Source of the DNA: an uncultured Phycisphaerales bacterium
Lineage (GTDB): Bacteria > Planctomycetota > Phycisphaerae > Sedimentisphaerales > Anaerobacaceae
Direction: 5' to 3'
Length of the DNA stretch: 64,000 bases
Assembly (NCBI GenBank): GCA_963772725.1
Contig: CAVYYI010000005.1
Coordinates: forward strand, 224,001 to 288,000
The notes beneath the pieces are model-generated. The model ran no database searches. It was not told the DNA's origin and saw nothing but the letters and a program-made list of their open reading frames with translations. The position numbers and the translations under genes are program-made. Shown here piece after piece: positions 20,572 through 30,151 of this stretch (positions are counted from its first letter, which is position 1; each line of letters opens with the position of its first letter).

Positions 20572-21957
20572 ATGGAATCTCTTGAACAGGTACTTTCAAA
20601 AATATGCGATTTTGTATGGGGGCCGCCGCTGCTGATACTTTTATTCGGCACGCATATCTATCTGACTATTCGGCTCAAATTCATTCAGCGATATATCGGC
20701 AAGGCAATCAAACTGTCGTTTTCGCGGCATAAGGAAGGTGAGGGCGATGTGAGCCATTTCGGGGCGCTGATGACCGCGCTTGCCGCGACTATCGGCACAG
20801 GCAATATCGTCGGCGTGGCGACGGCCGTCGCGGCGGGCGGGCCGGGAGCGGTGCTGTGGATGTGGCTGACGGGCGTTTTCGGCATCGCGACAAAATTCGG
20901 CGAAGCGGTGCTTTCGGTAAAATACCGCATCACCGCCAAAGACGGCTCGATGGCGGGCGGGCCGATGTATGTGCTTGAGCGGGGAATGAACGCAAAATGG
21001 CTCGGGATAATTTTTGCGATATTCACCTCTGTCGCGGCGTTTGGCATCGGCAATATGGTGCAGGCAAATTCCGTCGCCTCGATGCTCAAGGAAACCTGCC
21101 ATGTCTCGCCGTGGCTCAGCGGCGCGGATAATGACCGTCATTACGGCCATCGTGATTATCGGCGGGATAAAATCCATCGCCCGCGCATGCGAATGGCTTG
21201 TGCCGTTTATGGCGATATCGTATGTACTCGGCTGCCTGATTATTCTTGCCCTTAGAATCGACACCATCGGCCAAACCATTTCGCTGATATTCACCTCGGC
21301 CTTTACCGGACAGGCTGCCGTCGGCGGATTTTTGGGCGCCGGTATGAAAGAGGCGATGCGTTACGGTGTGGCAAGGGGACTTTTTTCAAATGAATCGGGG
21401 CTTGGCAGCGCGCCTATCGTCGCCGCGGCGGCACAGACAAAAAATCCCGTCCGGCAGGGACTTGTTTCTTCGACCGGAACATTCTGGGATACGGTGGTCG
21501 TATGTGCGATGACGGGTTTGGTCGTCGTCAATTCCGGCGCGTGGACAGAGGGCATAAAAGGAACGGCGCTTACCAAAGCGGCGTTTGCCGATCTGCCGGT
21601 TGTCGGGCCGATCGTTCTGACGGTGGGGCTTGTTACGTTTGTATTTTCCACGATTTTGGGCTGGTCGTATTACGGCGAAAAGGCCGATTGAATATTTATT
21701 CGGCACAAAAGCAATCAAGCCCTATCGCTGGATGTGGGTGGTGTGCGTAATGATCGGCTCGGTCTCGACGCTTAACGCGGTCTGGACGTTTGCCGATATC
21801 GCCAATGCCCTGATGGCCGTGCCGAATCTTATCTCGCTGCTTGTCCTTACGCCGGTTATCATAATGCGAAACCAAAACGCACCTGTGGAATGAGCAGCCT
21901 CCCGTCCCGGAACAAAGCCGAAGCGATGAACGAACACCTGTTGCGCCGGAGCTTTAG
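20572..21957 (+). CDS. Sodium:alanine/glycine symporter (AGCS family); frameshifts near 21125, 21685 and 21865
   Basis: '[23 protein letters not shown]', 'GGPMY', 'GNMVQANS', '[14 protein letters not shown]', 'WSYYGE', 'NALMAVPNL'. Confidence 0.9.
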
Positions 21958-22044
21958 CACTGGTAAAAATACAACTTTGGCAGCCGTGTTATCAGTATAA
22001 TCCGTGATTAAAACTCATTTATGTCCTTAGCCATAAAATCTTCT

Positions 22045-22091
22045 GAGAAAAAAGTGTTGCAATATCCTCTGCCGTAAGTTATCTTATAAAT
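22045..22091 (+). promoter_or_regulatory. Promoter (TTGCAA-17-TATCTT), copy 2 of the 47-bp duplication
   Basis: 39/47 identical to 20457-20503; immediately precedes the ATG at 22092. Confidence 0.6.
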
Positions 22092-23438
22092 ATGCGAAAA
22101 GAACTGAACATGCGGAAACAATTGACAGCCGCGATTTGTGCAGTGACAATATGGCTGATGCCATCTTTGGCGGCACAGGATTCAAATCTCTGCGAACTTA
22201 AACTCGAGGGCAAATTCATCCAGTACATTGTTCTCATAGATGAGAATAACAAAGGCCAAACACTTAATCAGTCCGAAGAAAGCATAAACCTGCCGGAGGG
22301 GACATATAGAGTTGGGCAAATTCACCTTCAGGGCGGATATGTAAATTATAATTACAAAAGAAGAGAAATAACGCTGACTAAGGATAAGCCCGCGACATTA
22401 AAAATAGGCGGGCCGCTCAAACAAACATTGGATGTGCAAAGACAGGGGACAATTCTCAAACTCGACTATAAACTCGTTGGTATAGGTGATGAAAGTTATA
22501 CCCAAAACGACAGAACTAAACCGCCGCAATTCGCCATATATAACGGTGATAAGCAAATCGCCGCCGGCCAATTCCAGTTTGGCTGAGGCGGCTCTTGCTC
22601 GTACTCGTGGCGAGTACCCTTAACTATGGCTGGCGAACTTAAACTGGTCGCCTCAAGCGACATCGGTGAATTGGGGCCTAAAGAGGCTGAGCCGGTAGTT
22701 TTCAACTGGAAATGGTATTATAATGCTCCAACTGCGATTCTCTGGTTGATACTCCTCGCAACTCTGGTGTTGATTAAAGACAACCGAAATCCACAGGCAT
22801 GGCTCATCCTTGTTCCAGTAGTTATTGTAACCCTGCTGGCGTCACTATTAATCAGACTTCTTCCTCGCGGTTTTGAAATAGTAACTGTCATAATTCAGAC
22901 TTTTTGTGTTGGTATTGCTGTTATTTGGTTGCTTGCGCACAAACTTGGCAATCGAAACCGTCTTGCGACATTTCTTCTAAGCCTTATTATAATGGCAATA
23001 ATCGCAATAGCGGGAGAAAGTCAAATCACCTCCAACTTTAGCCTAAAGTCTTCAACTGTAACGATCGTTTTTATGCTTACACTGACTCTGCTTCTCGGTA
23101 TGACGATGAGCGGAGTAATGTGCCGCAAACGTTACAATGGTGTGCGTTTTATGCTTTGGTTGCTGTTATGGAGTATTGTTTCCGCCGCGATTATAATGTT
23201 TGTATTTATGGCTATAATGCTGTTTTCCATCAGTGCTTCTTTAGACAATATTCGTATGATACTTATGCAAGTTCCTATCGGAGGCTTGGCTTACGGTCTG
23301 TTTGTATATTTGATTAATCTTCCGTTTATGATTCTGGTTTTGCGAAGCGGTTTTTACCGAAAGCGGTTTTACGGCTGTTTTCATTTGGTCTCAATGACCA
23401 CCCCAGTAACCCCAACTGCAGAGACTGTATCGCAATAA
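22092..23438 (+). CDS. Putative selenocysteine-containing membrane protein (signal peptide, soluble domain, U-G-G-S-C, ~7 TM)
   Basis: ORFs 22092-22586 and 22626-23438 are in the same frame, separated by TGA (22584-22586) plus 13 sense codons (GGSCSYSWRVPLT). A SECIS-like hairpin follows the TGA, and no RBS precedes ATG 22626. Confidence 0.72.
22587..22620 (+). promoter_or_regulatory. Putative bacterial SECIS element
   Basis: Perfect stem GTACTCG (22601-22607) / CGAGTAC (22611-22617) with a G-containing TGG loop 21 nt downstream of the in-frame TGA. Confidence 0.68.
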
Positions 23439-23786
23439 GTTTTATAGCCGCAGTTGTTCTGTCGGCTATAGGCTAAAGAATATAAAATATCATCGTAAAA
23501 GAAACTGGCCGCATGCCGTTGTGAAATCCCTTTCAATTTGGTTGCTATACTATAACGTATCGGCAGAAGAATAACTCCTTTCTTGAACAATGATTGCGGC
23601 ACAGCCTCTAAAGCCGAGGGCATTGGAATAAGAATATAATTTCGTAACCGTAGATGGGATTATTGTGAAAAATTGTGCGGAGGGGGAGAAAAATGGTATA
23701 ATCGCGGGGTTGGCTGCGCGGTACGCCAAGGCGAATTCGCGGCAGGGTTTTAAAAAAAGTTTATTTTATAAGGATGGAAACTGGAT

Positions 23787-24140
23787 ATGAAAGGGCTGAC
23801 GACTATAATGCTTTTAATCGGCTCAAATATGTTTATGACTTACGCGTGGTACGGACATTTGAAGGATTTTAAGTACAAGCCCCTGTTTATAGTGATTGTG
23901 CTTAGCTGGGGCGTGGCGTTTATGGAGTACTGCCTTCAGGTGCCGGCGAACCGCATCGGGTCGCATTTTTTTTCGCTGTCGCAGTTGAAGGTGATTCAGG
24001 AGATTATAACGATATCAGTCTTCGCGGTCTTTTCGGTAGTTTATATGAAGCAGCCGTTGAAGACTGATTTTTTATGGGCATCGCTGTGCCTGGCCGGAGC
24101 AGCATATTTTATGTTCCGTAATTTTATTCCGCCTGTATAA
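23787..24140 (+). CDS. DMT family small membrane protein (DUF486-like)
   Basis: 'SNMFMTYAWYGHLK', 'SWGVAFMEYCLQVPANRIG', 'QLKVIQE'. Confidence 0.9.
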   Translation: MKGLTTIMLLIGSNMFMTYAWYGHLKDFKYKPLFIVIVLSWGVAFMEYCLQVPANRIGSHFFSLSQLKVIQEIITISVFAVFSVVYMKQPLKTDFLWASLCLAGAAYFMFRNFIPPV

Positions 24141-24240
24141 CTCGAAAATTTCCGCCGCAGTTCGCAGAATTATTGTCTTTGACACAAGGGTGAATTCGGT
24201 ATAATATACGTTTGTTTAGCGAAAATTGAGGGCTTATATT

Positions 24241-25218
24241 ATGCGTTATATTCCAATAATTGTGTCGGCTTGTTTCCTTTCGGCAATAGGTTTTTGCCAG
24301 TCGTCTCTAAATACCTCCGATTGCAATGCGGCAGATGCACAGAAGTCCAAAGCACGCTGGCATGAGGCACTTGAACTGCAGGGTACAGGCAAATACAAGG
24401 AAGCCTGCGAAAAATGGAGCAGGATTATTGAGCTTGAGCCAAATTCATACAAGGCATATTATGAGAGGTGCTCTTGTTTCGCATCTTGGGCTTCGCGAAT
24501 AAAAGACGATGAGCTTTTAACCAAAGCACACGATGATTATGAAAAGCTAAAGGCTTTATCGCTGGCATATAAGGATAATCCCGCGATACGAAAATGGCAG
24601 GCCGATGCAGGAATCAACCTTACCAGCAGCTATTCCCAAGCCGGAAAAACGGAAGATGTATGCAGCATATATAACCAGTTAACGCTGCTTGCCGGTAACC
24701 ATCCGGACGAAGCAACACTTCGTGAATCACAGGCGGCGGCGGGTACTAATCTTATTCTTGCTTATGCGAAGGTGAATAGACCAGATGATGCATGCCTTAT
24801 CTATGGCAAGCTAAAGTCTCTTGCTGAAAAGTACTCTGACGAACCGGCGCTTCGAGTAAAACAGACTCACGGAGGCATCCTCCTTGTTGGGATGTATGGG
24901 GACGCCCAAAAGATGGATGATGCACGCCGAATTTATAATGAAATTAAAGCACTTGCTGATATACACAAAGACGAACAGCGGTTGCGGGAGCAGCAGAGTT
25001 GGGCGGTTTACAACCTTACTGAGGCATATAGAAAGGCCGGAAAGATAGCTGAGGCTAAAGCACAACTTAGCGAGCTGGAACAATTGGTCAAGGCGTTGCC
25101 GAAATGTACATCACAGTGGATGCTTACTGATAATATTAAAAACCTGCGGCAGAGGTTGGGTATGAAGGATGAAGAAAAGAAAGAAACTGGCCAACAGGTA
25201 AACCAATCGCACAATTGA
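24241..25218 (+). CDS. Exported TPR-like helical repeat protein
   Basis: Signal peptide; TPR-like 'YKEACEKWSRIIELEPNSYKAYYER'; four 44-aa repeats. Confidence 0.7.
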   Translation: MRYIPIIVSACFLSAIGFCQSSLNTSDCNAADAQKSKARWHEALELQGTGKYKEACEKWSRIIELEPNSYKAYYERCSCFASWASRIKDDELLTKAHDDYEKLKALSLAYKDNPAIRKWQADAGINLTSSYSQAGKTEDVCSIYNQLTLLAGNHPDEATLRESQAAAGTNLILAYAKVNRPDDACLIYGKLKSLAEKYSDEPALRVKQTHGGILLVGMYGDAQKMDDARRIYNEIKALADIHKDEQRLREQQSWAVYNLTEAYRKAGKIAEAKAQLSELEQLVKALPKCTSQWMLTDNIKNLRQRLGMKDEEKKETGQQVNQSHN

Positions 25219-25392
25219 AAATGAACAAGATAGCTTAGCTGTACGAAGTTTGATTATACCTCTGCCCGCAAAGCGAGTCAGTCGAAAAAAATGTTATAAC
25301 TTGCACTCAGATTTTTGGTGGGTTGGGACTGCTTCGCTCGCAGTGACAAAGGGGATTCTGGGCGAAAAGTAACATAAAATTGATATAAATTT

Positions 25393-28300
25393 GTGGTTGA
25401 CATAGGCCAAGACAAGATTGTTCGCGAGATAGTATCCCGGCTGAAGGCCTCTTCGGTGGGCGAAGGGGTGATAAAAATCGCGGGAACGTGGGGGTCATAT
25501 GCGCCGATGCTGGCGGCGTACCTGTCGAAAGAGGTTAACAGACCGATTTTATATGTTTGTCCGCATATCGATGACGCCGATAAGGTCAGCGACGATTTGC
25601 GAACTTTCGGGGCAGGCGATATTGAGGTTCTGCCGGCCTGGGAGGGCGATGAGGATTTGGCCGACGCCACCGATGAGATTCGCTCGGAGAGGCTGCGGGT
25701 AACGATGAAGGCTTTGGGGGCAAGGGCGAATTTTATTATCGCTGCATCGGCGCAGGCGCTTTGTCAGCCTATACCAAAACCGCAGGCTGTGGAGAAAAGC
25801 GGTCTTAGCCTGCGGGTCAATCAGGGCATATCGCCGGACGAGATTGCGGGGTGGCTGGTGGATAACGGTTTCGAGCATGTCGAGGGGATTGACGTGCCGG
25901 GACAATTCGCCAGACGCGGCGGAATAGTGGATATTTACGCGCCGCTGGTTGGTGATGTATCTGTTGCGAAAAAAGATGATGGGAATATTTTTTCACAGGG
26001 TGCCGCAGCGATAAGGGTGGAATTTTTCGGCGACACGATAGAGAGCATAAGGGAAATTGACCTTGATACGCAGCGATCGAATCAGCATATCGAAAACATC
26101 AGTATTATATCGGCGGTATGCGGCACTAAAACCCAGGAGCGGGAACTTTTTGTAAATATCCTGCCGCAGGAGACAGTGGTTATTTTTGAAGAGCCGGGTG
26201 ACATCGAGGAGGTCGCGAACGTATATCTGGAACGTGCGGAAGAACCGGAGAGGCTTTACCGGTGGAGTGATATTTATTCGGCGGCTAAAAGATTTACGCA
26301 GGCGCATATCTGCAAATTCGCAGCGTCACCGGAAGAGTTTTTGAAAGTCGATGTTGGGAGTATTGCACAGTTTCAGCAGAGCGGGGTGTCGATGTGGGCG
26401 GGACATAAGGAGGCTCTTGAGCAGCTTACGGCTAAGGCCAAAGAGGGCAAAACTGTTTATCTTTACTGTGAAAGAACGGCGGAAATCGAGCGCGTCAGGG
26501 AAATCATCGGGCAGTTAGCGGGGAAAATACCGGACAATTTCAAGCTGTTAACAGGATTTATTAATCAGGGATTCGCAGTAAATTCGCTCGAACGCGATTG
26601 TGATAAGTCATCATGAGCTTTTCGGTCAGTATGCTGTGAGGCGCAGGCAGCGCCCGATACGGCCGAGCATTACGGTCGATACGCTGGCGGATTTACAGGC
26701 GGGCGATTATGTTGTGCATGTTAATTACGGAATCGGCAAATTCCTCGGCGTTAAAACGATTACACAAAAAGACAGACCTACCGAATATCTTACGATTGAA
26801 TACGCGGACAAGGAAAAGATTCATGTTTCGGTTGAAAATATTCATCTTGTACAGAAGTATATCGGAACGAGTCCGAAACGGCCTAAATTAAGTAAAATAG
26901 GCTCTAAGAGATGGGCCAAACAGAAAGAGCAGGTCGCGCAATCCGTCCAGGAGTTGGCGGCAGAACTGCTGGATATTCAGGCCAAAAGGCAGATGCTGGG
27001 CGGCTTTGCCTTCGGGCAGGACTCTAACTGGCAGAGGGAATTTGAGGCGTCGTTTCCCTATCAGGAGACAGCCGACCAGATTACCGCCATAGAGCAAATT
27101 AAAGACGATATGCAAAAGCCCGCGGCGATGGACAGGCTTTTGTGCGGCGACGTGGGGTACGGCAAGACGGAGCTGGCGATGCGGGCAGCGTTCAAGGCTG
27201 TGGAAAACGGCAAACAGGTCGCCGTGCTTGTGCCGACGACGGTTTTGTGCGTCCAGCACGGCAGAACGTTTACGGAGCGGTTCGCGGATTTCCCGGTTTC
27301 GATTGAGGTTTTAAACCGTTTTAGAACGACCAAACAGGCGAAGGACATTATCGAGAGAACCAGGGCAGGCAGGGTGGATATTCTCATCGGGACGCACCGG
27401 CTTTTAAGCGGTGATATCGGATTTAAAGATTTGGGACTTTTAATTATCGACGAGGAGCAGCGGTTCGGGGTTGAGCATAAGGAGAAACTTAAAAGGCTGC
27501 GGGTCAATGTCGATGTTTTGACAATGACAGCGACGCCTATACCCAGAACTCTGCACATGGCGATGCTGGGGCTGCGCGACATAAGCTCACTGGCGACACC
27601 TCCCTTGGACAGGCGAAGCGTGGTAACAGCGGTAACGACTTACAGCAATGAGCTTATAAGAAAGGCGATAATGCTTGAACTGAACCGCCAAGGCCAGGTT
27701 TTCTTTTTGCATAACCGCGTCAGGTCGATTGAGAAAAAGGCGTTTGAAATATCCAAATTACTGGGTGGAGACAATGTGAGGATGACCATTGCGCACGGTC
27801 AGATGCATAAACACGAGCTTGAAAAGGCGATGATAAATTTCGTGACTGGAAAAATCGATGTGCTGATTTGCACGACCATTGTTGAATCCGGGCTGGACAT
27901 ACCCAACGCGAACACGATTTTTATTGATGACGCCGACAGGTTCGGGCTGGCCGAGCTTCATCAGCTTCGAGGGCGCGTGGGCAGGTATAAGCATCGGGCA
28001 TATGCGTATATGCTGCTGCCGAAAAGCAGGACGATAACACCGCTGGCAGCCAGGAGATTAAAGGCGATTGAGGAATATTCACATCTCGGCGCAGGGTTTC
28101 GCATTGCACTGCGGGATTTGGAAATTCGCGGCGCAGGGGAATATCCTTGGCGATGAACAATCAGGACACATTCAACTGGTCGGCTACCAGATGTATTGCG
28201 AACTGCTCGCCGAGGCGGTGAGGAAACTGAAGAATGAGCCGAAAGAGGAGACAGCGCCGCCGGCGGGAGTTGATTTGGGATTTGCGGCGTATATACCGAA

Positions 28301-28682
28301 AAGCTACATTCCGTTGGACAGATACCGGATGGATGTTTATCGCAAAATCGCGATGGCCCGGTACGATGAGGACGTAAAGCAGATTACCGATGAACTGATG
28401 GATGTTTACGGGCCGATGCCTGAAGATGTTAAAACACTGCTCGAAATAGCGGAAATTCGAATCACCGCTGGCAGGTGTAGAGTAAAAAGTATTGTCGTCT
28501 CGGGGCAGGATTTGGTATTTTCTTTTGGCGAAGGTTCGACTTCGGCGAGCAAATCATTATTCGCAAAGGTGCACGGAACAGTAAGATTCAGCGACGCTAA
28601 GACAGTGTATCTAAGACTGTCAAAAAATTATTTTGAGCCGAAAACACTGACAGCCCTTCTCAGGAAAATGTTTACGGGTTAA
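25393..28682 (+). CDS. mfd: Transcription-repair coupling factor; frameshifts near 26595 and 28140
   Basis: 'RGGIVDIY', CarD/RID 'GDYVVH..YGIGKF', 'MDRLLCGDVGYGKTE', 'DEEQRFGV', 'TATPIPRT', 'QLRGRVGR', 'DLEIRGAG', and C-terminal TRCF domain. Confidence 0.95.
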
Positions 28683-29479
28683 AAATTTCCATAGCTGTAA
28701 GACGGGGCGGCACGCTGTAAAAGCAGATAATTTTTGCCTTTATACTTTGTTACAATGCCGGCGACTTTGAGCCTGGGAGGCGAGAGTTTCGAGGATTGTT
28801 CGCTGAACGCCTTTTCGAGTGCCTGACAGGACAGCAGCGGGAAAGAAATCTTCTGGATGTTCCAGCCAAGGGCATCGAGAACAAACGCGAATTCGCCGTT
28901 GGGCTGTTTTTCAATTAAGCCGGTTCTGTCTGCCAGAATAGAATCCTGCTCAAGCTTGAGGCCTTTTTTGAGTTCCTCGGTGCGGATGACTTTTGTTGGC
29001 ATAAGTTTTTTTACAATTTCTTCGGGGATGCGAAGTTCCTCGTTAGGCTCGTTGATGGGCGGGGCGACGGGCGGAGAGGCCTCACCCTGTGCCGATAGTT
29101 GTTTTATCTTGCTCATAGGCAGGAAATAAAGGGGAAAGATGAAGTTCTTTCCGTCGTATTTTGTGAGTTTGCCCCAGAGGCGGTACATTTTATCGCTTCG
29201 CTCGTTGACGTCTGCGGTGATTTTTTCGAGCATCGAGGAGGGCAGAATCTCAACAGGTGTTCCTGCGGGGATAACTTTTAGGCCGTCTTTTAAATCAGAA
29301 TCGAATTGAAAGAACCATTTTCCGTTGCTGTCGGGGGAGACAAGATTGCCATCGGCACCGGCCAGGGGATAGTCTTCTCTGAGGGCGGAAGATTTTTTTG
29401 AAGACGTACTCTCCGCGGCCCAAACAATGGTACTGATAAGAGCAACCGCTATAAGCGAAATCGAACAAGTTTTAATCAT
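28679..29479 (-). CDS. Exported hypothetical protein with two repeated domains
   Basis: Signal peptide; the motifs 'ILPSS.LEK...G.LTKYDGKNFI' and 'LLSC..LEK...GIVTKYKGKNYL' repeat. Confidence 0.65.
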   Translation of the reverse strand: MIKTCSISLIAVALISTIVWAAESTSSKKSSALREDYPLAGADGNLVSPDSNGKWFFQFDSDLKDGLKVIPAGTPVEILPSSMLEKITADVNERSDKMYRLWGKLTKYDGKNFIFPLYFLPMSKIKQLSAQGEASPPVAPPINEPNEELRIPEEIVKKLMPTKVIRTEELKKGLKLEQDSILADRTGLIEKQPNGEFAFVLDALGWNIQKISFPLLSCQALEKAFSEQSSKLSPPRLKVAGIVTKYKGKNYLLLQRAAPSYSYGNF

Positions 29480-29484
29480 CGCTG

Positions 29485-30012
29485 TTACTCCGAAAACTTT
29501 TCAATGAGATATTTCTCAACTTCCGGCGGCCCATCCGCCAGTTGGATGCAGCTTCGTGAATTTGGGTCGTCCTTAGCCATCAAATCGACAAGCCGCTTCC
29601 AAAATTCCCCTACCAGTATAATAGGTTTGTCGGCATCTGAAAAGTGTTTGTTTTTTAATTCCCAGACCATGGCCAATTCGAGGAGCGTTCCGGTTCCGCC
29701 GGGCAGGACAATATAGGCGTGGCCGAGTTCTATCAGGCTTTTGAGCCTTTCTTCGAGACAGGACGTTTTAATCTCACGGGTAATATAGGGGTTTACGGTT
29801 GAAGAAAAAGCTGAGCAGGTAACGCCGATAGTTTTACCGCCTGCCGCAACTGCTGCCTGGGCGGCGGCGAGCATAGTTCCATTGTAACCGCCGTTGGCAA
29901 TGATAAAACCCGCCCGGGCAAGCGAGGTTCCTATTTGCGAGGCGAGAATATAAATCTCCTCGCCCCGCTGCGCCCTGCTTGTACCAAAGATTGTTACTAT
30001 TTTTTCAGTCAT
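29485..30012 (-). CDS. LOG family (Rossmann-fold nucleotide-binding) protein
   Basis: 'VTIFG', 'NGGY.G.M', 'LPGGTGTL.EL'. Confidence 0.88.
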   Translation of the reverse strand: MTEKIVTIFGTSRAQRGEEIYILASQIGTSLARAGFIIANGGYNGTMLAAAQAAVAAGGKTIGVTCSAFSSTVNPYITREIKTSCLEERLKSLIELGHAYIVLPGGTGTLLELAMVWELKNKHFSDADKPIILVGEFWKRLVDLMAKDDPNSRSCIQLADGPPEVEKYLIEKFSE

Positions 30013-30151
30013 TTTTTCTCCGCAGATGAAATCGGATTAACACAGATTATTTCAGCATCTCGTATCTCGTGAAAAGTATCTCGTTTCACGCTTCACAAGA
30101 TACGCTTCGCTATTTTGGTGTTTATTCGTGTCCATTCGTGGTTAATTAGTT

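Noticed and set aside
30040..30145. Short degenerate repeats (TATCTCG, CGCTTCA, ATTCGTG), also near 4290-4350, 5079-5104, 12740-12810 and 25320-25350
   Set aside because: Irregular short intergenic REP-like or heptamer repeats with no constant repeat-spacer period; not CRISPR, and no cas genes in the window.
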